NCBI GenBank assembly: GCA_030141605.1
Contig: JAQGDQ010000018.1
Coordinates: 372,001 to 436,000, forward strand
Source of the DNA: Tubiluchus corallicola
Lineage: Eukaryota; Animalia; Priapulida
Length of the DNA stretch: 64,000 nt
Reading direction: 5' to 3'
The notes beneath the pieces are model-generated. The model saw only the letters and a list, made by a program, of their open reading frames with translations, was not told the DNA's origin and ran no database searches. Positions 37,701 to 52,700 of this stretch are shown piece by piece. The position numbers and the translations under genes were made by a program. Position 1 is the stretch's first letter. Every line of letters starts with the position of its first letter.

Positions 37701-40700
37701 AGGTGACATCTTATCATCCCTTCTAATAGCAAATGTTAATGTATTGTTCGCAATACATGACATCATGTAAATGGAAAAAAGCTCTTATTTTTCGGAACAA
37801 ACCTCAACAATACACTTAATTTTAATGGGCTATTTAAACAAGTCATTTGCTTTTGCAAATAAAGTACAGCAATAAAGTATATGATTCTTATGTCTTGCAT
37901 AACGGTATAAATTTGAATTGGTGAAATATTAAAATGTGTGTTTGTGTGTGACCAAGTGCTTGTGTAAAAAAAACACGGAAAATCATATACTAGATCTGCC
38001 TGTATAATCCTGGAAAATCTGCATGTTTAAAGTTATTATTATACTGTTAGCAGAATATCTAAAATTTGTTTACATAAGATAATGTAATGCTCTTGACAAT
38101 CCTTGAAATGCTTGACAATTAACTGAGACATTTACAAACTTACAGCAATTAGCATGGTTCTCATCTTCGTCAGAACCGTCACCACAGTCATCATCGCCAT
38201 CACAAAGCCAGCTCTTGGAAGTGCATTCACTGTTGCTACACTGGTACTGCTCGTTATCCTCACAAGTCCTCTCTGTAAGTAAAAATGTAGCACGGTTTAA
38301 CAAATGAATATCTACGATGATTACTCCTTTACGCGGATATTCTTTACAAACTGAATACATTTGTTTGCAAATCACCTGATAAACAAACTAATATTCTAAG
38401 ATCACAGCGCTCTACTCACTTAAATACCTGGAACATGAATGTTGTTTGGCAGAATTCTTAATGGCATTAACATCACAAATACAGTGGTAGCGGCAGTAGC
38501 ATCAACAGCCCCACAAAACAGCCATTTCTAGAGATTTTTGCCACTCAGCAGAGCTTCTCTTTTTAAACAGTATGCTAGATTGAAGTTGTGATTTTATGTC
38601 ACCATTTTTATGTTACTTCACATTGTTTTTTGTACATAAGGTGACATAACAAATTTTAAATTCTCTATCATCCAGTATTATATCATCGGCTGACTGCGTG
38701 TCACGCTGTTCCATATTTATGACATTAAAAGTCTAGAACTATGTAGTGGTGCACCGAGATACCACTAAAGAAACTGTATGCTAGTTATCTGCTTACTGTT
38801 TTCTTTGTAGGTGAATGCTGAATCAATACACTAGTAATTTAATGCTTCTAATCTACAAAAGTGACAAAATGTAAACAATGATGCTAAAAATACACCTGCA
38901 AAACTCTCATGTCAAAAAGCGAGCTAACTATTCATAAAAATGCACCATTTCAGTCATCACTGGCAATGAATCAATGAGCTTCTCTCTGAATTTTTGATTT
39001 TTTTCATTTTTGAAACTGTCCATGAAAAATTCCAGCTTAGTCAATACTTAGTACTGGGTATCAGTACTTAGATGCAAGTTCATGTCACAGTACATCTATA
39101 ATTAAATGAGATGACTTTTAAGCAAGGTCATACTGTCTGATGAAATTCAGATAGATACCAAAACACAAAAACAATATTTTTCTAGCAAGCAAAGAAAGCA
39201 AATCACAAAAAAATCAATAAATGTAATGGCAGCAATAAGGTCTAATATTAAATTTAGTCACTATAAAATTAGTTCTTAGAAATATGCATAAAAATTTTCA
39301 CAAGCAACAATAAAAAAGTCTTAAAAAATAAGCTCTCAGGGTAAGTGCCTTATTAAGTAAGAACTCCGACTATGATTTAAACATTATAATAATGTTAAAA
39401 TTAAATCATATTTCATAGGCAAATTCTGTTGAATTAATTAAAGTCATTCCTATTGACAATTGCACACAGAATTAGTTACTTTTTTTAGTTGCTAACAGCA
39501 ACATATCTAATGGGGTAGTAGACTTTGATAACTTTAATTTTTTTGCCACGCCACCATATTGCCAATCAACACAGTGTTGCTTTTGTAATTCATTAATCAC
39601 CTCATTTTGTTTTTATTAAAAAATATTATTGATTCTCGTATTGAATAAGTTGTAAACAGGCGACAAATCAACTTATTTACTTACTTATCTACCTAAACTT
39701 ACCATGCATGGAAAGCAGATTCTACAAAATTTACGACGTATAGTTGTAAAAGTTGAAATTACGAGATGAGGTTTGCATTGTTAACATAAAACGAGAAATA
39801 GAAATGATATCTCATTCCACTTATGAAATATTGTAAAACAATATTTCATGACAATTACCAATGGGCTAAACTGAACATTATTCATGTTCAGAATCATGCT
39901 TAAAACCTTGAACATTTTTCAATGTACCCAAGCAAAGTTGAATCCATTTTGCAGCAAAGGCTCAAAACTTGGTTACAAACTTGGTCATAAATGGACTAAG
40001 TAATAGAAAAATGAACCAGCTGTGACTGTTACTATACTAGCCGTCAAGAAGATATAGGCATTGAAAAATGCAATAATAATATGTTTCAAAAATACTTACG
40101 GCAATTTGCTTCATCCGTCCCATCCAAGCAGTCTTGATCAGAATCACATACCCACTTCAATGGAATGCACAGGTTGTTACTTTCACATTTAAACTCTGTG
40201 AAGTTGTTGCATGATATGGTGCAGTTAAATTCATCTGCACCATCATCGCAGTTGGTCTCACCGTCACAGACCCACTTCTTTGGTATGCATTTCTGATTCG
40301 GACAGCGGAATTCACTCTCAGAGCAATTGCGTGGAACTGAAACACAATGAAGTTGCAAAAAATTAAGTATTTAAGACGTCACTTAAAACGCAGAAGGCAG
40401 ATTTTTGCTCTGAAACAAAGCCTTAGACCGCAACCTAGACTAATGTTGCACATGAATCCAAGTTTTCGCTGTTTACTAGGCTCACAATCTTATATTTATC
40501 AAGGCAAATGTTATAACATGGTAGTAAAAAAACAAATATTTAATGAACTAAATATTTAAAATCTGAATTATGAAATATTTTCATACTAAACAAATAATTA
40601 TAGCTCTTTATATAATGGCAAATGCAAAAATTATACATTCAAGAACCTTAGGTGCCATGCAAGAAAAAATACATAGGCACAATGTTATTTGGATCTTGAG

Positions 40701-43700
40701 GCATTGCCTTATACATAGATTTATAGACATCCTCAGGCCCTAGCGTTAGATAAAGAAGAAAAGATGTGGTTTTGGGCTATACTTGACAGACTTATAAACA
40801 ATTGACGTCTAACATGTCAATCATTTTTGTTGACTGCCCAATCAGCGTGCAAGTTCTTTCACACACCCCTGCTGTAGCTAAAAGTCCCGAACGTAGTAGC
40901 TGCAGGGGTGTGTGAAAGAACTTGCACGTAGCTCATTTACGTGCAATGGCAGCAGTTACGTTCGGGACATTTAGCTACAGCTCTGTCTAACACTGCTATG
41001 AAAAATGCTCAACTTTTCATTAGTTAGCGGGAGAAATATTGGCCTTGTTCTAGATTTTATTATTGTCAATTGAAATTGCAAGTGAATTAGTGGAAATATA
41101 TAGTCTAGTTTCTTTTACAGAAAGAAATGCACAACGCTTATGTCTATGAGTTGCTGATTAAACCATTTTGCAATCAAGAAAATAAGCAGTTCAGTTTAGT
41201 TTATGGCTTTGCAAGTTAGATAAAAACAACTATTTGATTAACTTTAAACAAGAACAAAACAAAATGTATTTCTTTTCTGGCCAGTTTTTATAAACCTCAA
41301 TGAGATCTTCATAGTCAAAATTAATTCAAATGTGGTCAAAACTTATTATTATACATCAATATAATATTAGCTAATTTTATGCTATTTTTCTGGTTATAAT
41401 CATGGTTAAAAGATACCATTGGGACTTATGTGACTCAGGCATTCAATATAAGGGTCGTCTATGGAATGGAACAGTCAAATTTATTCCATTCCCATAGCCT
41501 GACAGACAGAAAAATACAAAACTATAATAAATCATGCAGACGAGCGCAATTAATATAGAAAAATACATCACAGGCTTGACGTTCGTTTAAAGGCAATAGT
41601 GACTTAATATTTTTGTTGCTCATTTATTGTAAAGTAAAGCTAACTGGCTTAGTTTTTTTATTATATTTATGTCTCTGTATTTTGCAGTGCTTTGAAAGTT
41701 TGTCTCTACATTCTGTTTAAATAGAAAAGTCATTTTTTGGCTACTTAAAGTGTTAATTTCGTGTTAAAATAGCTGCTGCTCTGCAAATTTGTGTTTATGA
41801 AAAAGAGCAATCAGTTTATCTGCTGATTAGACATTAGTTGTGACTGTCATGTTGTTTAGTTTAGTTTAGCTTAGACAGTTGTTGTCCTGAATCCTGCTGA
41901 GTGTGCTTACGTTGCAGCGGGGCAGAGCGATAGACCAATATGTTATGTTGCAACGTCAGTTACATGTATATACATTATACAGAGCCTTAGTCCTACTAGA
42001 TATATTAAAGTCAGATTTACAGGCTTTACATTATTTAGGCCCCAAGAGGATATGTGTTTATTAGAACATACGGCCTCGAGTCCTGGCAACAGACGAACAA
42101 GCAAAAATTGGGTCTGAAGCTCAATTTCTAGACCTTATAATTGTCTTTGAATTTTAATGGGGAATTTGGTAGGTACCAAGAGATAAATTCAATGAGTGTG
42201 AGGGCTTCAAGCCTAGCACTACTAGAGAAGTAAAATGGGGCCTCGGGCCTATAACACATGTGAAAAGATGTATCAGACCACATACCACAATTCTGTTCAT
42301 CTGACCCATCACCACAGTCATTTGAACCGTCACAATGCCAGCGACCAGGAATACATCGATTATTATCACATTTGAAATAGGTTGGGTCGCATGGCTCATT
42401 CTCGCAAGAAGGCGGTTCATCTGAGCCGTCAGCGCAGTCTTTATCTCCATCACAACGCCATGACTGAGGGATGCAGCGACCTATCAAAAGAAACAAGCAA
42501 ATGATGATGCTGACTCATTACTTACATTAACTTCACAACCATTCAATAAAATTATGTGCATCAAAGTTTTAATTTTTGTTAGGAGTTTTTGTTAAAACAA
42601 ACTATTAATTGTCATAATTTGAATGCCAAAGTTATTCTCAACGATTTTACAAAACGTTTGCAAATTCACCTGAATGTCAACTGAGAACGTGCAACAATAT
42701 TTTTTACTTAGTCAATAAAAAATACACAAATGTATAGAAGTCACAGGTATGCCAAAAAAGTTGCAAGTAAATATAAAGGTTAATTAATTTTAGTGCCAAT
42801 ACACAAATATTATTATAAGCAAGTAAACAATATACATAATGGCTTATAGCAAGTAGTACGTAGATTAGTCAGTTTGCTCATGCCACAGGGGTGTGACGTA
42901 TCTAGTGTGTCTGCCCCCAACTAGCAATTAGACAAGGTAGCCACATATGTAACTCTGCCTCATTGGTATACAGTCTTTCCTCACCCAAGACCTGTGCAAT
43001 ATCCTCGAAGTGCAAGCTGGTAAGTACCCTCTTACAAGAACCACCACCAAAGACAAATCACCAAGGACACTCGGATCAGTATGAAACCACGAAGGTGCTG
43101 TGCTAAGGCCCCACAGGAGTACAAGCAATCCATACCTCAAATAGTACCACATAGTACCATTCGTCTCACAAAAATGGAGCACCTTAGACTTCTAATGAGC
43201 ACAAAGACACAAACAGCAATAATCTGTATGAGTTTCTGCTGCACTAAATTTCTCAAAATAATTTGTCAATGTTACTCCTTATCAGTAATTGCAGATGATA
43301 ATCACAGAATTGTAGACTTAAGGTAGGACATGTAACGAGTAATATGTAATGCATGATTCATAATATGGTACAACAGTTTGTATTTAAACACAAGGAAGTG
43401 TTTTCATGTACATGTAATGTGAAATCAAAGATGTGTGATCTGCATTCATTTGAACACAGTCGCTATTATCTGAATATGCACCATGCAGCAATATGTAGAC
43501 AAGGAAACCACTGCTGCATGGGTATCTAGCAAGTTTTCAACTTTCCGGTGACCATTTTCACCGAATGGCTTCCTCGATAGGTGCGTTTTGGACACCTCAA
43601 AACTTACAATAATATTTCTTCTATTTAAATTTTTGAAGAGATGAAGAAGCGTATAATCATGCTGTTCCGTATTTAGCTGCAGTTCTTTCACTAAGTTGTG

Positions 43701-46700
43701 ATACATGCCGTACTGTTCCCTCCCATGCAAAATGTTGTGCACCCAAAATCTGTGGGTCCAGTCTAACAATACAAAGATAAGCTAATGCCACCAATGTGAT
43801 TATTTCTGTGAAATATTGACAGAGAAATAGTGCATAACGTAATGTGCATAGTGTTTACAGACCATGGAAATAGTAAATGCGCACCACGCATTGCGCGAAA
43901 ATGGAGCCCTACCTTTATGGATGCAATCAGCCTTGTGTAAATGGCGAACGTTTTAGTATTTGTGGCAGCAATTCAGATGCTAGTTATTGCTGGCCACAAA
44001 TGGGGCAACCTGAAGCACCTCCACTCGTCTTAGTTTTTTAGTTTATATACAGATATAGGTACAACAGGTCCAGAAGGTCCCGCTTGGGGCAGCGCAACTA
44101 TAATGGAACCGAAATTTCGCTGTGCAGGCATATTGGCATAACTAAATACTAATACACCTAATCTTTATATTGTAATGTGTGCAAGTAACGACATATTCAA
44201 GCAAAAAATTACCTGTGTCAGGACATTTTAAGTAGTTATCAGGGCAGTTTCGTGAGCTACAGTTGGCTCTTTCATCTGCTCCATCTTCTAAACAGTCAAT
44301 ATCATTGTCACAAACCCAAATGCTTGGAATGCACAGTCCACTATCACATTGGAACTGCTTTGGACCACATGTCCGTTTAGCTACAGTTCAAAAATAATAA
44401 TAAGTGAAACTAAGTGTACCGTGTATAGATAAGCCAAAATAACCTAGAGTCAAATCTCAAATCTCATTATCAAACAAAATAAAAATTTGGTAACCACCTC
44501 TAACTGTAAGAAACACCAAATCAGAACAAATTTCTTTTCAAGTTATTAGCGACAGAAAATAAAACAGCTCCACATTAAACTAAAGTCACATAGCAGTCTT
44601 GAAATATGGACAGGTGCTTTTATAATTAAACTTACATAAGACACACATGTACACATTGTGCGAAAAAGCAGTTTTGAATGTTTAATAACAAGTAGATACT
44701 CACGGCAATTGTGCTCATCTGTAGCATTTGTGCAATGAGGGAAACCATCACATCTGTACTGCAGAGGAATGCAGATGTTATTCACTTCACATTTAAATTG
44801 CGTAGCTAAACAGGTATGGGTCTCTAAAATTTCAAATAAAAAATTAGTTTTTTATTGTTTTATCCAAGTTAAAAAACAGGCCTAATTCACTAGACTTGCA
44901 GCAAAAATGGAATGTAAATTATAGCTTGTAAAGAAAGTAAAGAAAGCATTGCATAGTACAAAAAGTCTCAATATAAATTTATCTGAATTTAATCTATTTA
45001 CAAATTTGCTGGAAGTTTTAAAGAATCATATTGGCATAATTGGAAATGTAAACTTGTGCTAAATGCAAGTTTTTGAAAGGTATGAAATCATGTTACTAGT
45101 GACAGTGAATGTTTCTACAGATATAAGTGAAATTGCAAAAAGTAAAGGCAAGTCATTCGCATTCAAAATTTTATGAAGACGCACCTCAATTGATGTTTTG
45201 TCTACATTTGTAAAACTGTAATACTTATATAGTCACTGTGCAGAAAAAATATTTAAAATATACCGTCTGAATAGACTTCATCAATTCATATCATATTCAA
45301 TTCGTACTCTGAGTAAATTCTAACCAATTCAGTTCAAAATATTCACCATACAAAAGACCTAAGCACCATCTTGCTGACCTTAATAATGACAATAAGTGCA
45401 TTAATGAAGATTTTTATACACTAATGAGATAATTGTAACATACCACATTTCCATTCATCAGAACCATCACCGCAATCATCCTGCCCATCACAGATTTGTC
45501 GAGGTTGAATGCACTGTGAATTATTGCACTGAAACTGCCCTACATGACACTTGAATTGTCGACAGTCTGCTGGCTCATCTGAATTATCCCCACAGTCATC
45601 CTGTCCATCACATTGCCACCAGTAGGGAATGCAACGGTAGGTGCTTTTACATATAAATTCAGAGCTAAATAAAAAAATTAACATTAAAGTCTGTCAAGCC
45701 CATAATTACAACATTTCCCTGCTTAGAAGTGACTATTACAACAATGACAGTGTATGTATTTGTCAATCATTATTACACAGTTTTTATAAACAACATATTC
45801 TAATCAGTCTCTAATCCAACAACATGAGCTCTCAAAATGTCTCACTAATAATTTGTCACAGCCGTGCTACAATATGAAATGGCAAACAAAAATCAGTAAA
45901 TTAGTGTCACTAAATTAGTAAAACCAAATGACAAGTCAAAATTTCAAGAGTTTTAACAGCACAGCTTCTGTAAGGCATACAAGTAATAGTGCTTCCAAGA
46001 ATCTACATACATAACTGCAAAAATGTGAAATCAAATTTTCTTGCTTGAACCAAATTACACTTATTTTAAAACAGTTCCTAAACTAACTCAGCATTCCTTC
46101 TAACATTCCAAATAGAAAAATGATATTATATCTAATGGGCACCAAGTTTTATTTTCCACCTGATTAACAAAATGACTCTCTATACATAGTGTTACTTCGT
46201 TTGTAAATTTCTTGACTTTTCTGCATTATCAATTTTTACCTACAATGTCAAATCATTCAAGCAAAACATTACAGTTACAAAATTTATGGGGCTATTATGT
46301 ACAGCTACATAACACAGCTATAAAATGGCAAACTGAACTGATAAGGTTATACCTTGTGCAATTAGCTATGCAGGTTCCACTTTCCTCTGGATCTAAAATA
46401 TAGCTTTCAGGACAAGCACATGTTCGATTTCCATCAGGGTTCAGCAAGCAAAGATTAGAACAACCTCCATTTTTTAGGCAAGGGTTTGTTCTGTTCACTA
46501 AACAAATAAACTCTTTGAAAATAATTTTTTGGGCATAAAATATGGCTATTACCAAATCGCTTATTTTAAATGAATGACAAAATACTAAATACTGATTAGT
46601 ATCAAAACTGTTGTTATGACGATATTATTTGGCATGAGCTTCATAAGTAAATAAAATTTTAGCCAGCCAATTGTTTTAAGTAAACAATTAATAACCTAAT

Positions 46701-49700
46701 CATGTACAAAGAAATGAATACAGTGGCATAAAAAAGTACAGAGAAATGGCTCACATTTTGGATGTGAAAGAGGATGCAGAATTTGTATATCCATAGGTCT
46801 ATGCAGCACACCACTAACGTTTCTTGGATTACTTCCATTTTTATTTGCACTATGGATAATTTTTGTTTCCCAGTCAGACCAGTAGATTCTGTTTTCGAAT
46901 ATGGTAATGGCAAAGACGTGGTGAACTCGTCTACTGAGTACGATTCTCTTGTTCTGCCCATTTGCATCAGCCATTGCAATGTAATCACCCCGAGCGTCAC
47001 CCCAGAAAATGCGATCAGTAGTGTAATCAATAGCCAATGCATTAGGCCAGCCAAGGTTATCAGATATGATATGCTCTGGATTTGATCCATCCATTCCCAT
47101 CCTGCCAATATAAGGTGCTTCTCCCCAGTCACTCCAATACAATAACCTAATAACAGAACAAGATTTTAATAGTATGCTTCACAAAACAAATTGAAAGAAT
47201 ACTATATTGTTAACAATTGTATTTGAGCAAGATGATGTCAATGTCATATTATTAAAACAAAAGCAAGATATTTATATACCACGACTCATTCATCAGGCCA
47301 TAAAGATAGAACTTATTATATACTGATTTACACTACAGACACCATGAAACCTGATACTATGGTATGTTCAAATCAAGCCAGGCTGACAATGGCCAGGCAA
47401 AAGCTTATCACTAGCATCTTATATACACATACACAATAGCCTTTATCATTACAATCAGCCAGTTAGTCAAACCATACTTAGCCTTATTGGCAAGAAGTTA
47501 AAAATTAATATTTCATGTTGCAATATGTTTCTATTGTATTTTGGTTCGACATCAAAATCCTTACCCTGCATTTGGATTCACACTAATAGCTCTCGGCTCA
47601 CTAAGTTTTTGATCTAGCAGCACCTTCCTGAATCTGCCATCCAGCTTAGAAACTTCTATTGTATCAGTGCCTTTGTCACACCAGTAGAGATTTCTAGCAA
47701 CCCAATCAACGGCTAATCCATCAGGATTCTGAATTTCAGGCACTCTGTGCAACATCTGTAAAGAAATACAGCAAACTGAGATCAGACTTGCAATAGCAGT
47801 TAGTGCATGCCACTTTTGAGGTTACAAGGAGGAGAGTGGTTACACGCATATGCTTTGTGTAAATGCCAGGGTTCAATACTCACGCTGGGAAGTTCTGCTC
47901 ACTATAATGGCTGTAGACATTTAATCTTGCAGAAGAAGTACATCCAAACTGGTTAACATACCTCTTTCAGTTCAGTGGCTTGTCATCCTTGATAACAAGA
48001 AGGCATTTTTAAGGTCACATACACCGGCTTGAATAGGACCTACTGTTCAGTGCTGTATAGGGCTTACACTAGGCCAAACTGTATACAAAAGATGCCCAGT
48101 TGGAAATTTAGAAAAACCTCTTACATCAGGAATCCAATTACAATGATGTATAGTGCTGAACAGATAGTTCATCAGATATGAACAGCACATGCATTAGAAA
48201 TATACAATTTGAAAACACTTTTCAGGTAAACAACAAGTGAGAATGATGGCTGGATGTAGACATAATCGTCTTTAGGTCCAATAAATACCTGGTGGTCACT
48301 ACCATTAAAGTACATGCGATAGATGCTGCTGCCATCTGCCATCACATCAGACCAATAAATCATTTTCTCTTGCCAATCAAAGTCGATTCCAACGGCATTA
48401 GATATGTTAGCTGCAATAAGTGTTTGATGACCCGTTTCCAGAGAGATCTTGCGTATGTAGTAGCGGTTAGCAAGTATCAGTACAGGCTGAATACCTTCAA
48501 AAACAGTAAACACATCAGATTGATTTGAATTTTTAACAATAGTCATAAATGCAGAATCATCAGAAACACTGAACTTTAGAGCAGGTAACATTGAATTGTG
48601 CTACCGTGTGTGTTAATAGTAATTATTATTTTTCTTGCGCTCTAACACTGACTTTTATTCTTCCTTATAGAAAAAAAAACAGTATGTGTGATAGAGTCTA
48701 AGGTATGACTGAATACATAAGAATTTGTAAAAGGTTTTTCAAATGCTTTTGGTAGATCCTCAAACACTCAGATATGAACAAGTAAATTACTATGGTTTGA
48801 GTATCCTTTTAAGATGGTGGCTAAGGCTAAATTTCAAATAGACAATCACCATTCATACATGGCCTCTTTTTCAAGATGGCATTTGGGCATTTGTATAGAA
48901 AATGCCATATCTCAGTTAACAGAAAACCTAAAAAGTAGCCTTGCTGTCAAATGTCTAACATGAGTTGCCTTTAAATTGCAGTAGCCGTCAAAACAAATGA
49001 TACAGAAACTGACACAAGAAAAGTGGAATTGTAACAATCTAATCAGAAGGTTAGTTGGTATCAAAATTAACTAAAAATCCTTGAAAGCAATTTTTGAAAG
49101 CTATGTGGATATTTTTCATACAGTTACAACCCTATTAGTTGAGAAAGTAATTTGTGTTGCAACTTTACAACCAATGTTAAGCTTGTACAATGTGGTTAAT
49201 ACTTACCACTGTCAGCTTTACATCCTCTGCCATCACTCTGCAGAATATATCCATTCGTACAACTGCAGATGAAGCTTCCAAAAGTGTTTCTACACAACTG
49301 ACTACATGGAATCGAATCAGTACATTCATCTAAATCTACAAACATAAATAATTACAACATAATACGCAGAGAAAATTTAGAAAAACAAAACAAGCAACGT
49401 ACTAATATAACCCATATTGTTTATTTCTGCCTATTTTAAGATGTAAAATCTCTGGCACTGGATTGTCAAGCAGATGGAAGAAATTTACAATTCCCCACAC
49501 CCTAATCCACCCTAACCCTAACCTTAACCCCAATTTCTTGTATGTGGGGAATTGTAAACTTTAGCCAAGCACATAATCACAAGCCATATTTAAACATTGT
49601 TAAAACTTCAGTGTTGCCTACCAGTTATGACGCAAATATAAGCAAGAAAGTAACTATTTAAAACAATTCATTATAATATCCGAATGTGTAGAATTGCTAA

Positions 49701-52700
49701 CCAAGATCATACAATTACAGGATATAATTCAGTACACTAGCACAGCCAAAATAAATCATGGAAATAATTCACACACAACAAATACCTTCACAACGATGTT
49801 TATCATCACCAAGCTTAAATCCAGATCGACACTGACATGCATAACCAATTTTCAGATCAACACATGTATGCGCACATGGGTTTACGGGTCCTTCGCACTC
49901 ATTAATGTCTGGAACAAATAAAAATAACTTTCGTGTGTGCACAGCATACATCCTTGTACAGTGTACCTATAAGGCCTGTAAGGCCATGAATATCTGAACA
50001 GATGACATTACGGCACAATTAATTGTGGAACCATGTCACGTTGCAAAAAGCCATCTCGTTAACAGCTATATATTTTATGATAAAACAATATTATCTCACA
50101 AATAAATAAGATGTACATAAATGCCAAAGAACAGTATGAAGATATTTGAAAAACACTTTATTTCAGTTGTATCGATTTTAATTCATGCAAGTATCAACTT
50201 ACCGCACAAAGACTCATCTGAAAAATCGCCACAGTCATCGTGCGCATTGCAAAGTAAGTTCCAGTTTATACATACACCATTGGCGCAAGTAAAATTCTGT
50301 TCTCCTTTGCACACATCACTGCCATCTGGACCTAGAAAAGCAGACATACATATAGGCAAATCTCTGGATGATAAAAGTGTGTGAAAAGAAGACATTATAT
50401 GATTGTCTACGAAAATAAACTCGAGTGCATTGCACTTGAAAAGACGACATCAGAGGCTAAATAGAATAATACAGAAGTCTATCCCAGACACAGACAATAC
50501 TTGACAAAAACTGCAATTTACAGGTAGAATACTATGTACCAAACTAGTAAAATCAGCTTGTCACACGTTGTTGGTTGGATGGATCCAGTCATAATTCTTT
50601 AGATTAATAACATTCTTGAAAAATGACGTAAAACTTACGACACAGACTATCGGCTTCGTCAGAATTATCTCCACATTCATTGAACTGATTACAAGTCCAC
50701 AGCATTGGAATACAGCGGTGATTGTCACATTCAAAGTGATCCTTGTGACACGGTTCATATTCTAAGAATACAAAAGCAAAAGTTTGAAACACTCATTTAA
50801 ATATAAAAAACAAACGAAAATTCAGGAAATATTGTTGGACAAAGTCTTGTGAATATTGTTACAGTAGGTGCCGCTTAATAGACTCACTTTGGGACCGACG
50901 TGTTTTGACCCAATTAACCGATGAGTGTAGTATTACAGGTATGAAAGTATGAGTCACTAGCTTACTATGCACTGCAAGGGTTTTTAATAAATTTTAGAAA
51001 CAAAGTAAAGTCTAAGTTCCTTTGTGCAGTTAAAAATTAGAAAAATATTTTAAGATATTAATATAAGTGAATTAGCAATAAATTAAAACACATACATTTC
51101 TAAATCACACAAGTCTATTTATTTGCAGAAATTACAAAAATTCCTTCAAAGTCGGCTGCTTTATTTTCTCGCGAAGAAGTTGGCCTACAAAGTTCTTGTA
51201 ATTATAAAAATGTTGAAAATCTTTTTCTGTGTGACTAAAACAGTTCTCAATTGTCTGCTCACTTACATTGCCCTTATTTGCTGTATGATGTTTACTCTTG
51301 TAAGTCACAAGGAATACCAGCTGATTAGTGTACCTGCATCTTTGACTGTTAACTCATTAAGCCTGAAAGCGTGATTTGGAATGAGAGCATCAAAAGGAAA
51401 TCGGTAGGCAAGTGATTAAATGTTTAGCTTCTAGAAATTCTTTGGATAACAGATTCAAAGTCAAAGAATAACCACTACACTAGCATATTAGTACATGATA
51501 AACGTACCTGCTTATAAACAAAACGTTACTTAACATGACTGTTTCTGCATACATAGTGCACAAAAGGGAAGTAAAGATGACATAAAAGTAGGAAAGGCTC
51601 TTTTGGCACATACAAACATCTTATTTTAAGTAGGTGAAGGAAAAATATTGAGTCTATCATGTGGAGTTATTTGAGTCAATTACCGATAGTTTTTATGTAT
51701 ATTTGAATAGAAGTGGCCCGTTCCAGGCGTTTTTGAGTCTATTAACCGTGAGTCCATTAAGCGGCGCCTACTGCATTAGCTAATAAAGTCTTTAAAAAGA
51801 ACTTACGACATGTTTTTGGTTCGTCAGAAAAATCACCACAATCATTGTCTCTATCACACACAAATGCTTGCTGAATACAGCGGCCATTCAGACAGGTGAA
51901 CTCCTTCTGAGGGTTACAGTGAGTTTTGTCTGTAAAAAAGTACAATACATTTTTATTTTCTATACATTAATAACAAGTACATTAGAAAAACAAGTTACAA
52001 TTATTATAACTCAGGTTGGAGGAATAGCACAAGAAACAGTCAGGTGGGCAGGAAGAGTAGATCATTAGTTTGTATTCGAAACTAAGACAGCACTGTTAGT
52101 GAACAGAACTTACTGCAGTTGACATTCTCGTCAGCCTGGTCCTGTCCACCACAGTCGTTATCTCCATCACATAACCATTGTTCAGGAATGCACCGCCCAG
52201 TGTTTGGACATCGGAACTCATCTGGGTTGCAAATGCTTACCACTAAAGTATAAAAAATGATTTAATGAAAGAGTTGCTGCTGTAACAGTCAACCTAACGG
52301 TCTACTCAGATCCAGATGATAATGACATGTTCAAGTGACAGTTTGCTACTTTGTGCATGACCTACTACTAATATTCTTTGTTGCAAAAATGAAGTGATGT
52401 TCGATTTTTAGTAACAATTTATCATGTGGAATACTATACTAGTGAGTAATCAGAACTGTTCATACTACACCTACAACACTTTTGATCACTACAACTGTGC
52501 ACAAGAAACTAAAAAACTAATCACCAAAAACAATGCCACCATTGATGCCATACAATTACTTTCTAAGTGTTTTGTAATGTAAAACTGCTCGAACAATACC
52601 AATCACTGTTTGCTAAATATAAATAATTAGATAACCTAACTAAGATATAGGTTATAAACATAATTACTGTAGTCAGACACGAGTAATATACATGGATGAG

